A stretch of DNA of 63,969 nucleotides, filler included, from Planctomycetota bacterium (GTDB lineage: Bacteria; Planctomycetota; Planctomycetia; JALXBF01), in assembly GCA_026991575.1 (NCBI GenBank). It is 3 parts of 3 records of this genome, joined end to end, with 100 filler letters (N's around TTAATTAATTAA, not from the genome) between each part and the next. Parts side by side here need not be neighbours in the genome. Positions count along the whole stretch, not along the records: positions 43,367 to 63,969 come from JALXBF010000070.1; 2 more parts are not named here. One strand, given 5' to 3'. The notes beneath the pieces were generated by a model, which saw only the letters and a list, made by a program, of their open reading frames with translations, ran no database searches and was not told where the DNA came from. Positions 47,589 through 57,855 of this stretch are shown piece by piece (within the stretch, counting starts at the first letter, position 1; each line of letters begins with the position of its first letter). Position numbers and translations under genes: made by a program.

Positions 47589-48502
47589 GCACCAAGAGGA
47601 GCTTGCAGTCCGGCGGCCGCCGTGCTGCCGCGGAGGCGTTTGAGCCCGAGCGGATCAAGGTCGTAGTGTTCGACGCCGACGGGGTGCTAGTGCATGGCAG
47701 CACGCTGTATCCGGCAGGCTTGCCGGCATGGCAGTGGGTGCAGCGTTCCGGACGGCGCACCTACCTGCTGACAAACAATTCGATGCGTTCCCGGTCCGCT
47801 TATGCCCGCCGCTGGCAGCGGATGGGCTTCCCGCTGCGGCGGTCGGAGATCGTGACCAGCGGTTATCTGGCAGCGCTCTACTTGCGGCGCGAACTGGCCG
47901 GCGGTCGGATTCGCCCGCATATCTTTGTCGTCGGTGGGCCCGGGATTCCGGCCGAGCTGAAGGCCGTAGGAGTGCCAGGTAGCTGGACACGTGACCCGGC
48001 AGATGAACGGCCCGCCCACTATGTGCTCGTCGGGTTGGACAAGCAGGTGAACTATCGCAAGCTGTCGCGGGCGCTGCGTGCGATCCTGTACGACGGTGCG
48101 GTCTTCTTGGCAACGAATCGAGATGCGACGTACCCGACCGAAAGGGGGCTTTTCCCGGGAGCGGGTTCGATTGTGGCTGCGTTGGCAGCAAGTGCCGGGC
48201 GGGAGCCGGCCGCGGTGATGGGCAAGCCGGAACCGAGGGCGTTGGAGTTGATTGCGCGGGAGGTGGGATGTTCGTTAGAGGAGCTGCTGGTGGTGGGGGA
48301 CCGGCTGGAGACGGACATCCTCTGCGCCCGGCGGGCCGGCGCGTGGAGCGCTCTGGTGCTTAGCGGTGTGACGGATCGCAAACGGCTGCGCTCAGTGACT
48401 GATCCCGACGAGTTGCCCCACTTCGTGCTCCGCGACGTCGGCCAGCTCCCCGATCTCTTCGCCCACCCCGCTCGCTACCGCTGGGCTACGCCTGGCCCCT
48501 AG
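47585..48502 (+). CDS. HAD-IIA family hydrolase (NagD-like)
   Basis: [31 protein letters not shown]. Confidence 0.9.
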   Translation: MSTKRSLQSGGRRAAAEAFEPERIKVVVFDADGVLVHGSTLYPAGLPAWQWVQRSGRRTYLLTNNSMRSRSAYARRWQRMGFPLRRSEIVTSGYLAALYLRRELAGGRIRPHIFVVGGPGIPAELKAVGVPGSWTRDPADERPAHYVLVGLDKQVNYRKLSRALRAILYDGAVFLATNRDATYPTERGLFPGAGSIVAALAASAGREPAAVMGKPEPRALELIAREVGCSLEELLVVGDRLETDILCARRAGAWSALVLSGVTDRKRLRSVTDPDELPHFVLRDVGQLPDLFAHPARYRWATPGP

Positions 48503-48651
48503 ATCGCTGCGGTCTGCGGTACCGCGTACGCGTGACTGGTCCCGATCACGCGAATCGGTCGATTGAGGCGATCGGTCCAGCGCGGTCTTCGCCTGCTGCG
48601 GACAATCCGCTGCACGGGCTGATCGAGGGGGGCGGCGTAGTGGGGGTGAAA

Positions 48652-49833
48652 TTAACGGAGACTCGCACCTGGCTCCGCCAGAACCTCGCGGATCTCCACA
48701 TCGTCCCATTCCACCGTGCCCGGGGGCCAGTACGCGTACAGCATAACCCGTGCCCACCGCGGCCGAAACTTGCTGTGCTTCGGCGTGAACTCCTCGACGT
48801 GCACATGCCACCGATTCGGCTCGCCCTTCAAGTTCGCCTGCAACCGATACACCTCACGGAGCTCCTCGTCCGAAGCGTTCACGCCAACTGGGTCAGGACG
48901 CCGCCGTTCACGGAACCGAGTCTTCAACGTGTCGTAGCACTTCACGAACACCTTCGCAGCCGTTCCCGTCGAACGCCAGCGCACCCGTAACAGGTACTTC
49001 TTGCCGGGCTCCACCCTGAAGTACGCGCTGTAGTAGAGCACTCCCATGGTTGCGGCTACTGGCTTCGGAATGTCAAAGCGGATGATCCGGTTGCGGCGAC
49101 TGCCCTCTTCCCAGGTCCAACTCACATGAGCCGGCAACGGGTCCCACCCGGACGGATGCTTCCTGCCACTCTCAAAATCGCCGCGCACCAGGTTCGGCCC
49201 CAGTTGCTTCGAACTGTACTGTGGCACTGGCCGCGGTCGGTCCGGCCGCGGTGTGCTTGTGCCGTACAGGGCATCCAGTGCTTCCCGCACGTAGACATGC
49301 GGGATCTCGCTGACTGAGCGTGTGCGCGCCTTCTTGTGATACACCACCCGCGGGGGGTCGTGGCGAAAGTCGACGATAAAGATTTCCAGGTCGTAGATGT
49401 CGTACCGTGCTCCCGGCGCGCGTTCGATCTGCCCCCAGATTGCGATGTGAGCAGCGAAGTCGCGTTGCACGATGACGCGCACCTTTTCCAGAGGTGTGTC
49501 GACCGTGACCGCAATGCCGTTCGACCGGCAGAAGTCGCGCACGTCCTGCACTGTCTCTGGCACGATGAACCGGCCCCGCCGGCTCAGCTTCTGCCAGAAC
49601 ATCTCCGCTAACTTCCGCCCCATCTTCCCGTCATCGAATGTGGATACGAAATCAAACGGGATGACCACCGCCTCGGTGTCGCTAACCTGGGCGACCGCAG
49701 GGGGGCCAATTGCCCCTGTGGCCACGAGTGCGCAGGCGAACAGTGCCGGCACCATCCTGCGTGGGACCGACCACTTGGCATCATCGACGCTATTTGACCC
49801 ACTGCTTTGTCCGTTTGTGGGCTTAGACGTCAT
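48652..49833 (-). CDS. Hypothetical exported protein with C-terminal carbohydrate-binding-like beta-sandwich
   Basis: Signal-like segment; NLVRGDFE...GW...VEWDDVEIRE pattern typical of CBM-like modules. Confidence 0.65.
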   Translation of the reverse strand: MTSKPTNGQSSGSNSVDDAKWSVPRRMVPALFACALVATGAIGPPAVAQVSDTEAVVIPFDFVSTFDDGKMGRKLAEMFWQKLSRRGRFIVPETVQDVRDFCRSNGIAVTVDTPLEKVRVIVQRDFAAHIAIWGQIERAPGARYDIYDLEIFIVDFRHDPPRVVYHKKARTRSVSEIPHVYVREALDALYGTSTPRPDRPRPVPQYSSKQLGPNLVRGDFESGRKHPSGWDPLPAHVSWTWEEGSRRNRIIRFDIPKPVAATMGVLYYSAYFRVEPGKKYLLRVRWRSTGTAAKVFVKCYDTLKTRFRERRRPDPVGVNASDEELREVYRLQANLKGEPNRWHVHVEEFTPKHSKFRPRWARVMLYAYWPPGTVEWDDVEIREVLAEPGASLR

Positions 49834-49838
49834 GATGA

Positions 49839-52800
49839 TTACTGGGCACTCCTGGTCAACTTGTCGAAGTAACGGCTGGTCAGGTCCTCCCAGCCCGGGG
49901 GCGCCGCCTTACGGAACGCGTTGACCATTTCCTTTCTCACCTCCGCGGGCGCGGCACCCGAGCGGTCACTCTTCACGCGCAGCTGGCCACCGGCGTACGC
50001 CTTCAGCTCACTCAGCCCCTTCAGCACCACCTCCCTGCGTCGCAGCGCCGCATGGACCCTGCCGGCCCGCAGATCGGCCTCAACCTGGGCCATCAGTTCG
50101 ATGAGTTGTTCCAGGTCAGTGCGGTGGAACTGCGTGACCTGGAATTGCAAACAGATTACTTCGGCCTTGTTCCGCAGCGCTGCCTGCTTTTCGGCCAACC
50201 GTTGCAGGACTTCTGGCGGCCGAGCCGGTGCCGGTCCCTCCAGCCCCTCGCCCCCCACGCCACTCTGTTTTCCTCCGCCTGTGGCCCCGCCGACCGGATC
50301 CTTGCTCTTGTCCTCCACCTGGCCCTCCACGTACGGATCGGGCGTTAGCCGTGTGGGCGTCTTCCGCCCGCCCTTGCCCACGGCTTCCTTCGAGACGAAT
50401 TCGCCATGCGACTTGCCGGACCGGCCTTCGCCGCTGCGGCCGCCGATTTCGTTGCTATTCGGCAGTCGATTGCCTGTGACGCCCCGGGCGCTCATATTCG
50501 AGATCGGGCCATCCATCGTGTCCCACCCGGCCCCTTTGTCCAGCGAATCGGCCCAGCTGCTGGAAACGTCTTCCATCTCCTCAAAAAGGTCTTCTTCCTC
50601 CTCCATGAGCTCGCCGACCAGGTCGTCTAGCTCGCCCGGCAGTTCTGCCATCGGAGCGGACTTGAACATCTCGTCGATCGGCTCCTCCTGCATCCACCGT
50701 TCGCGGTCCGGCGTATCCGGCAGCCATTTCTCGATGTTCGTGGTCATCTCCTCGGCCCGTTCCGCCCCGAGTTGCTCCAGCGGCACGGCCAGCTCCACGG
50801 CCTTCTTGGTCAGCGCGTCGGCGGCCATCTTCAGTTCGGTTTCGATCTCAACCAGCTCTTCAAGCAGCGATGGGTTCGCGAAGTCCTGCTCTGGCAGTCG
50901 GCTCAGATCGCTGTGCGTTTCCCCCATGAACCGCGCCCAGTCCTCCTCGACGGCGGCCAGCTCCTTGAGGAGCTTCTTGTCCTCCTCGGTGAAGTCCTCA
51001 ACTGGCTTCTTCGCGAGATTCTCGCTTGCCTCGATGACTTTCTTCTGCTGGCGCAAGAACTCGTTCAGCTTGTCGCGCAGCTCGCGCAGCTTGTCCTCGA
51101 GCGGATCCGTGGGTAAATCCCCCCCTTGTTTCCGCTCCGCTTCCGCCAGCAGTTGCCGCTCGGCCCGCCGGGCCAGCTGCAGGAGTTCTCTGAGCACGGC
51201 GATAATCCGGTCCTGGATTGCCATCAGCTCGCCAGTTGCCGTCTGCCTGGCCTGTGGCGTGCGCACAGTGCGAGCGCCGTGTGCAACTCGGACGGCCCGT
51301 GCCATCGGCCCGGCGTGCAGCGTGTGCAGCGATCGCTGCAGCGGCGCCAGCTCGGCGAGCCTTTCCTGCTTCTCCAGGTAGTCAAGGATCGTCTTCGTGT
51401 CCACACGCACCGAGTGCTGCAGCTGTGCGGTTGTCGTAGCGACGGACTCGTAGTCGGCCGAGCCGGCCAGCTCCCGGGCTCTTGCGGCCGAAGCTCTGGC
51501 TTTCAGCTGAGTCTGCAACACGGCAAACAGACGCGCCTTCAGGTCCGGTACAACACGGGCGAGCTGCTCGGACCGCTCCTGGCGGCTGACCACCCGGACG
51601 CGGATCCAGGCAGTGGCCGACCGCTGCGGCTTAACCTCCTTGCCCGGCAGCTTCACGCGGCGGTTGTCCTCAGTAACCGCTCGTACCAGAAGCTCGCTCC
51701 CCGAGGTGTACCGATCTGGCAGCCGCCAACGCAGGGTCTTGGTCACCTTCTGCTGAGCGTCAAAATGCCACCGTCCAAGCGTGACGATCGCCGACTCGGT
51801 CCGGGGGGGATCATCGGCTGCCGAGCCGGCCACCGGGGCCCGTTTCAGCTCGCACCACAGCTTCGTCACGCCGTAATCGTCACGGGCACGGACAACGAGC
51901 TCCAGCTCGCCCCCTTCGGGAAGCTCCAGCCCGTCCACTGGTCGGACAAGTCGGACCGCTGGCGGGCGATCCTCGATGACATCGATCCGGTGTAGCCGGG
52001 GCGACGGGTTCGCCAGATCGGCCTGGTTAGTCACGTGCACGGAGTAGGTCGCGTCGTGCACCAGCCACAGGCGTGCCTCGAGCGCGCGACGCGCGTCGCC
52101 GACAACGGCTCCCGGAACTCGGTTCCCGTTGAGCGCCAGGTAGCCGTGGCGCAGCGGAACCGTGGTGTGGAAACGAACGAGAGCTTCAGTGTACTGGGGG
52201 GCACGCAGGTCACCGTGACTCTGGCGCACGCGCTCGGGGGGCCTACCCAGATACGCCGGGTAGCGGTACTCGATTTCGACTCCGGTGATTTCTGGCGGCT
52301 CAGTGACCCGGATCCGGAAACGAGGTGACTGGGTGGTATGCACCTGAACGTAGTAGCGCGCATCTTGTTGCAGCGACGGAACCGTGCCGAGGAGCTCAGG
52401 GCTCTGGCCACCAACGGCCAGCAGAGCGTACTGCTGCTTTGTGCCGTCGGCCAGCTGGAGAAACAGGGTGCCGTCCGGGAGTGCAGTGCGTTCCACCGGG
52501 GCCAACCGCACTCGGACCTGGAACGGCTTGCCCTTCAGGTGGACCGTGTCCCCGGGAACGACTTCGACAATCTTCACCGTGCCTTCGTGCGGTACAAACC
52601 GCCAGGGTACCATGATGCGTGTCAGGGACGAGGACCAGCCGGGCGAGGCCGAACAGAGCACAGCAAGCAGGAGCAGGCAAACGCTGGCCGCCAGCCAACT
52701 GAAGGCCGCATCACGAGCGGTGGCCAGACCGAAGCGGATTCGATCACGCCAGGGAATCTGGCCAGTAACCTGCTGCAGTGGCTGGTCCGCCACGTGGCGG

Positions 52801-53174
52801 TACAGCGCGCGGACGGCCGTTAGCGAGAACGCGTCGTCGGCACGTGCCAGTTGGAGCAAGCCGACGAGCTCGCCGTCGATTTCCGGAAAAGTCGCTTCCA
52901 CCCGGCGCGCTGCCGCTTCCAGCGAACGCCGCTCACACAGCGAACGATAGAGCGCGACGGCCAACGGGCCGGTTGCCAACACGAGCCACGCGACAAACAG
53001 AAGCCAAAGAACAGCGGGTCCGTAAGGCAGAACCTGATCCACCGCCAGCACGATCAGCAACAGTAGCGTGCCGGCAGCAACCGCCAGGCCTGTCCGAGTC
53101 AGCAGGCTCCACAACCACCAGCGCTGGCGGAGCTCATCGAGCCACCGGGCGATTCTGAGTGCTTCGTCGGTCAT
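49839..53174 (-). CDS. Large membrane protein with Ig-like and coiled-coil regions (DUF4175-like)
   Basis: N-terminal TMs, YRYPAYLG, EDRPPAV, ARDDYGV, long acidic coiled coil; typical of MoxR-vWA loci. Confidence 0.7.
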   Translation of the reverse strand: MTDEALRIARWLDELRQRWWLWSLLTRTGLAVAAGTLLLLIVLAVDQVLPYGPAVLWLLFVAWLVLATGPLAVALYRSLCERRSLEAAARRVEATFPEIDGELVGLLQLARADDAFSLTAVRALYRHVADQPLQQVTGQIPWRDRIRFGLATARDAAFSWLAASVCLLLLAVLCSASPGWSSSLTRIMVPWRFVPHEGTVKIVEVVPGDTVHLKGKPFQVRVRLAPVERTALPDGTLFLQLADGTKQQYALLAVGGQSPELLGTVPSLQQDARYYVQVHTTQSPRFRIRVTEPPEITGVEIEYRYPAYLGRPPERVRQSHGDLRAPQYTEALVRFHTTVPLRHGYLALNGNRVPGAVVGDARRALEARLWLVHDATYSVHVTNQADLANPSPRLHRIDVIEDRPPAVRLVRPVDGLELPEGGELELVVRARDDYGVTKLWCELKRAPVAGSAADDPPRTESAIVTLGRWHFDAQQKVTKTLRWRLPDRYTSGSELLVRAVTEDNRRVKLPGKEVKPQRSATAWIRVRVVSRQERSEQLARVVPDLKARLFAVLQTQLKARASAARARELAGSADYESVATTTAQLQHSVRVDTKTILDYLEKQERLAELAPLQRSLHTLHAGPMARAVRVAHGARTVRTPQARQTATGELMAIQDRIIAVLRELLQLARRAERQLLAEAERKQGGDLPTDPLEDKLRELRDKLNEFLRQQKKVIEASENLAKKPVEDFTEEDKKLLKELAAVEEDWARFMGETHSDLSRLPEQDFANPSLLEELVEIETELKMAADALTKKAVELAVPLEQLGAERAEEMTTNIEKWLPDTPDRERWMQEEPIDEMFKSAPMAELPGELDDLVGELMEEEEDLFEEMEDVSSSWADSLDKGAGWDTMDGPISNMSARGVTGNRLPNSNEIGGRSGEGRSGKSHGEFVSKEAVGKGGRKTPTRLTPDPYVEGQVEDKSKDPVGGATGGGKQSGVGGEGLEGPAPARPPEVLQRLAEKQAALRNKAEVICLQFQVTQFHRTDLEQLIELMAQVEADLRAGRVHAALRRREVVLKGLSELKAYAGGQLRVKSDRSGAAPAEVRKEMVNAFRKAAPPGWEDLTSRYFDKLTRSAQ

Positions 53175-53207
53175 GACGTATCCCTTTATCCCGTTGGATG
53201 GCCCGTT

Positions 53208-54776
53208 TCAGTGCGTCACGGCGTACGCCAGCACGTTCGTACCGATCTGCAGCGCGTCCTCGTCCAGGTAGCCGTAGCTGTACGGGTGCGGGAACTGCTC
53301 CCAGCCGTTACCCAGGTCGAAGCGGCTGTAGACGACCGCCAGACGGCCGCCGATCGAGAGACCTTCCAGCGTCGGCGTCGTCAGATCGCCGAAGTCCTCC
53401 AGCGTCCGCGGCGTGTAGCGGACCGACTGGACGTCGAACATCATGTGGTAGATCGGATGGTCCAGGGGAACCGGTTCCAGTTTCGCGTCCGGGAACACCT
53501 TCTGCATCTCACGACGAAATGCTCGATCGAATCCCAACCGGCCGCAGCAGGCGTCGGCAAGCAACATGCCTCCGGCCTGCAGGTAAGCACGCAGCCGCCC
53601 AGCCTCTTCAGCGGACCAGACGAACTCGTCATGGCCGGTCATGTACAGCAGGGGGTGCCGGGCGAAGCGAGGATCGGTCAGCGGCAGGGTGACCTTCTTG
53701 AACTTGACCTCCAGCGTGGAGTTGTCCCGGGCGTACTTCAGCAGGTTGTAGACGGCCGACGGGTCGGGGTCCCAGTCGCCGGAGTGCTGGAGTTGGACCA
53801 GGACGAAGTCGTCCCGGGTCGGCGCCGTCGCTTCGTGATAGATCTTCGTCGTGCTCAGGAACCTAGCGAGCTGATAGGAAGCAATCAGGTAGGTCACGTA
53901 GTTAGCACCGATCTGGCGCGCCTGAGCGATAGCAATCCGCAAACCGCGCGGGTGCGTGTGCCCGTCCCAGCCGCAGGTCAAGTCGACCGGCGAGTAGACG
54001 ACGGCGAGCCGACAGCCGATCGTCACGCCCCACAGCTCCGGCTCGTCTCGATAGGTGCTCCCGTCTGCTTTCACATACTCCACCTGGCCGAGCTTATAGA
54101 ACGAGGCAAAGAGCGGTTCGTCCGGCGGCAGCCGCTTCAGCCGCGCGTCCGGAAGAATGCCTTCCACGGCGGCGCGGAACGCTTCATCGAAATCCTGCCA
54201 GCCACAGCAGGCGTCGCCGATGATCATGCCGCCGTCGAGCACATAGCGGCGCAGCTGAGCGTGCAGCGCGTCCCCAAGGGCGAACGTGTTGTGACCGGCA
54301 AATAACAGCGCCGGCAACTCGCGCGGATCAAAATCAAAATGCGCGAAGTCTGTTTCCACCGCCCGGTAACGGATGCCCAACTGGCGGTTGGTCCAGTCCA
54401 GCAAGGTCTGAACGTCGGACGGGTCGGTCATCCAGTCACGGTATGCGAGGCGCTTGCCGTTGCGCGTCATCCAGCGGACCGGGCCCAGCGCTGCTTTGCC
54501 GATCAGCGCGGGCGGGGCAGGTGGCCGCTTCCGCTCGCTGCGGCGTAGAGGTGTGACGGGCAGCGGCAACGGCGGAAACGCTTCGCCGCCCGTGCGACTG
54601 TGCGGTTTTGCCCGCGGCGGTGGCCCACAAGTGACCGGTCCTTGGGGCTGGAGCAACGCGGCCAGCCATGGCGTTTCGGCCAGCAGTCCCGGGCTCAGGC
54701 CCGCCAGCCAGTACGCGCCGAGCCGCTCGAGGAAGTCCCGCCGGGTTGTCCGATCGCCCGCCCGTTCGCGTCTCAT
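53208..54776 (-). CDS. Tat-signal protein with tandem DUF4159-like domains
   Basis: TRRDFL signal; two repeats of L..Y...GG...DACCG...FD.AF; GDWDPDPSA. Confidence 0.75.
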   Translation of the reverse strand: MRRERAGDRTTRRDFLERLGAYWLAGLSPGLLAETPWLAALLQPQGPVTCGPPPRAKPHSRTGGEAFPPLPLPVTPLRRSERKRPPAPPALIGKAALGPVRWMTRNGKRLAYRDWMTDPSDVQTLLDWTNRQLGIRYRAVETDFAHFDFDPRELPALLFAGHNTFALGDALHAQLRRYVLDGGMIIGDACCGWQDFDEAFRAAVEGILPDARLKRLPPDEPLFASFYKLGQVEYVKADGSTYRDEPELWGVTIGCRLAVVYSPVDLTCGWDGHTHPRGLRIAIAQARQIGANYVTYLIASYQLARFLSTTKIYHEATAPTRDDFVLVQLQHSGDWDPDPSAVYNLLKYARDNSTLEVKFKKVTLPLTDPRFARHPLLYMTGHDEFVWSAEEAGRLRAYLQAGGMLLADACCGRLGFDRAFRREMQKVFPDAKLEPVPLDHPIYHMMFDVQSVRYTPRTLEDFGDLTTPTLEGLSIGGRLAVVYSRFDLGNGWEQFPHPYSYGYLDEDALQIGTNVLAYAVTH

Positions 54777-54907
54777 CTGCTACCGCTCCCGGCCGTCTCG
54801 GCCTCAATGCACAGCGTCACAGTTTCGAGTGTGGCCGAACTGTTTATAGTCTACAAGAATAGTTGTGATTACGTCCATTTCGTGCCAGCCCAAACGTGCC
54901 GTGCCTC

Positions 54908-54928
54908 CGGCATGCAGCTTGCATGCCA
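54908..54928. promoter_or_regulatory. Overlapping divergent sigma54-type -24/-12 motifs
   Basis: Plus CGGCATGCAGCTTGCA and minus TGGCATGCAAGCTGCA, both GG-N10-GC, between divergent operons. Confidence 0.5.
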
Positions 54929-54967
54929 GGCACAGTGGCCACGCGGTGATCCCACGGAGGTGCCACG

Positions 54968-55615
54968 ATGCGACGCGTCCGGCTTAGCACGGCGATACCG
55001 TTGCTGGTGGCGGCCGTGGCCGTCGTTGCTGGCGGCAGGCGGGCTGCGGCGCAAGAACCGCAGCCCATCCATCCGTTCGGACCCAGACGCAGTGTGCCGA
55101 CGGAGGCACGTCCCGGTGTGGTTCGGCTCTCAGATGGCAACGCCCTCTACGGCCAGCTGTACCTGACGCCCGGCAAACGGTGGCGTTTCTACGACGAGAA
55201 GCTGAAGCGGTACATCGAGCTACCGCTGAGGGTGATTGAGCGGGTTGAGGTTACGGTGGCCAGGGAGTGGCTCGAGAAAGAATGGCGGTTTCGTGAAGCC
55301 GCCAGCAACGAGAAAGTGTACACGGGACGGAAGTATCCGGCCCGCGTGCTCCACTACAAGATCACGCTCATCAATGGCCGGCAGCTCGAGGGCAGAGGCT
55401 CAACCGTTCTGTACGCAAAAGTACCCGGCGCACGCCGTGCCCGGAAACTCATCCTGCGCGAACGCCAGAAGGGCAAACCGGGTCAGACCCTCAAGCAGCT
55501 TGTGTACGTGCGCGAAATCGACTTCCGCGCGGAGGCGGTGGAACGCTTCCGGCAACAACAGCAGCAGCGTCAACGGGCTACCCAATCAGACCATGACGTT
55601 AACCCACGAAAGTAG
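54968..55615 (+). CDS. Hypothetical exported protein
   Basis: GGAGG RBS, signal peptide, 215 aa, overlaps next gene start. Confidence 0.7.
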   Translation: MRRVRLSTAIPLLVAAVAVVAGGRRAAAQEPQPIHPFGPRRSVPTEARPGVVRLSDGNALYGQLYLTPGKRWRFYDEKLKRYIELPLRVIERVEVTVAREWLEKEWRFREAASNEKVYTGRKYPARVLHYKITLINGRQLEGRGSTVLYAKVPGARRARKLILRERQKGKPGQTLKQLVYVREIDFRAEAVERFRQQQQQRQRATQSDHDVNPRK

Positions 55616-57833
55616 CGTCAGCCCTTGGGCCGCGCTGCTGTTTGCGGCCGGTGCCGCAGCGCTATCCGGCTACACCTACTACCGGCTGCGCGGCCTGCTG
55701 GCCAGCCACCATTGGAGCCTGTTGGTCACGCTGCGCCTGACCGCGCTCATGGCTCTGCTGCTTCTGCTGGTCCGGCCGGTCGCGACAGTCTACACAGCAC
55801 CGGACTCGGCCCCTCAGCTGCTTCTGCTCCTGGACCGGTCCGCGTCGATGCAGGTGAGCGACGTGGCTGGGAACGAGGACCGGTGGCACGCCGTGCTTGC
55901 GCGGCTTCCGGGGTGGCTGGCAGCCGTGCGCAGTAGCTTCGCAACGCGTCTGGTCGTCTTCGATGCACAGACCAGGCCAGTGCGTGACCTGGCTGAGCTG
56001 CGGAGCGTTGAGCCCGACGGGCAGGCGACGTCGCTGGCTGCTGCAATCCGAGCGGTTGCTGAGGGTCGTCCCCAACTTGCCGTGCTTGTCAGCGACGGGA
56101 TCCATAACACGGCAGGCGACCCCCGGCGGCTGGCCGCGGAGCTAGGCGTGCCCATCTACACGGTGGGCGTGGGCAGTTCGCTGGAGGATCGAGCTGGCCT
56201 GCGCGACATCCAGGTTGTTGATATCGTGTTGCCCGCCGAACTGCCACTGCGGAACCGGGTGCAGGCTAAGGCGATGGTGGAGGCCGTCGGCTGTGAAGGG
56301 ACGGTCGTGGAGGTGAGGCTAACCGAAGACGAGACGGTCGTGGCGACAGCCACGCTGGAGCTCGATGCGCTGAAAGGTACCCATGAGGTGTTGCTGGAGT
56401 TCGTGCCCGAGCGGGAAGGGCTGCATACGTACACGGTGAGCATTCCGCCGGCTCCGTTTGAGTCGATTCCCCAGAACAACACCAAGACAGCCATGGCTCG
56501 GGTTTCCGCCCGGCGCATCCGCGTCTTTTACGTGGAGGGCACGTTGCGCGCCGAATACGGCGCGCTGGTTCAGCACTTTCTGGCACGCGATCCTGACATT
56601 GCCTTCCTGGCTATGGTCCAAATCCGTCCGAACCTGTTCATGAAGCGGACCACGATCCCGGAACTGCAAGCGGTCAGCACGCTGCCAGAGGGGGCCGATT
56701 TCTGGAGGAACTTCGACGTCGTCATCCTCGGTGACCTGGATGTCACGTACTGGCGAGGCGAAGCGCTGCGGGGATTGGTGCGGTGGCTTAGGGACGGGGG
56801 CGGGCTGTTGGCTCTGGGCGGTTACCACGCACTTGGCCCGGGGGGCTACGCCGACAGTCCGCTGGCCGCCGTGCTGCCTGTTGCGTTGTTGGACCGCAAC
56901 GCAGGTCAAGTAGAAGAGCCGTTCGTGCCGCAGCTGACGCCTGCTGGAGCGGCTCACCCGATCTTTGCCGGGATTACGGACTACTTCCCCACGGAGGCAG
57001 AGCCTGCGCGCGTGTCGTTACCCCCCCTGCTCGGCGCTACGCGCGTCGGTCCTGCTCGACCTGCTGCCACCGTGCTGCTGGTCTGTCCGGCTGCAAAGGC
57101 GGCCGGCGGCGACAGGCCGATGCCACTGCTGGCGGTCCAGCCGGTGGGTAAGGGGCGCAGTGCGGTGTTCGCGGCCGATACAACGCGCGTTTGGTATCAA
57201 GCAATGAAGACCATAGGGCGCGACTCGCCGTTCGTGCGGTTCTGGGGCCAGCTTCTCCGATGGCTGGCCAATCGGGACGTCAGTGGCCTGGGACTGAGCC
57301 TGACGGCGCGCACCACGAAGGCCTGGTACCGGCAGGGCGAACAGGTGGTGGTTGAGGCAGAAGTGCGCGATCAGGAGGGAGCGGGCACGGACGAGGCGGA
57401 CCTGACCGTGACACTGAGTGGCCCGACTGGTTCGCTGAAGGCTAAGTTGACGCCGGTGGGCGATCTGCCCGGGCGATATCAGAAGAGCTTCACGGGGCTC
57501 GAGCCGGGCCGCTATCGGGTGGTGGTGGCCGGCACGCTGGGGGGCGAGACGCTGGAGTCGGCCGAGCTTGAGTTTGAAGTAGGCCGCAAGAATCTCGAAT
57601 TCGACCAGCTTGCCCTGAACGAACCACTGCTCATAGAAATCGCCACCGCAAGCGGTGGTCAGTACGTCCATCTGACACTGGCCGATCGGCTGTTCCGCGA
57701 ACTACAGGCGAGAGAGCAGGGGGGGCGCATCGCGCGCCAGATCCAGCTGGCCTGGCCTCCGCTCATCTGGGCGCTCTTTGCAGCGGTGCTCTGCACGGAG
57801 TGGTACCTGAGGCGAAGGTGGCGGCTGCGGTAG
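55593..57833 (+). CDS. Membrane protein with vWA and glutamine-amidotransferase-like domains
   Basis: LLLDRSASM, VSDGIHN, FDVVILGD, GGGLLALGG, GKGRSAV, FWGQLLRWL, C-terminal EWYLRRR. Confidence 0.82.
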   Translation: MTLTHESSVSPWAALLFAAGAAALSGYTYYRLRGLLASHHWSLLVTLRLTALMALLLLLVRPVATVYTAPDSAPQLLLLLDRSASMQVSDVAGNEDRWHAVLARLPGWLAAVRSSFATRLVVFDAQTRPVRDLAELRSVEPDGQATSLAAAIRAVAEGRPQLAVLVSDGIHNTAGDPRRLAAELGVPIYTVGVGSSLEDRAGLRDIQVVDIVLPAELPLRNRVQAKAMVEAVGCEGTVVEVRLTEDETVVATATLELDALKGTHEVLLEFVPEREGLHTYTVSIPPAPFESIPQNNTKTAMARVSARRIRVFYVEGTLRAEYGALVQHFLARDPDIAFLAMVQIRPNLFMKRTTIPELQAVSTLPEGADFWRNFDVVILGDLDVTYWRGEALRGLVRWLRDGGGLLALGGYHALGPGGYADSPLAAVLPVALLDRNAGQVEEPFVPQLTPAGAAHPIFAGITDYFPTEAEPARVSLPPLLGATRVGPARPAATVLLVCPAAKAAGGDRPMPLLAVQPVGKGRSAVFAADTTRVWYQAMKTIGRDSPFVRFWGQLLRWLANRDVSGLGLSLTARTTKAWYRQGEQVVVEAEVRDQEGAGTDEADLTVTLSGPTGSLKAKLTPVGDLPGRYQKSFTGLEPGRYRVVVAGTLGGETLESAELEFEVGRKNLEFDQLALNEPLLIEIATASGGQYVHLTLADRLFRELQAREQGGRIARQIQLAWPPLIWALFAAVLCTEWYLRRRWRLR

Positions 57834-57855
57834 CGTGCGTGGCCGAGCGCGGACG

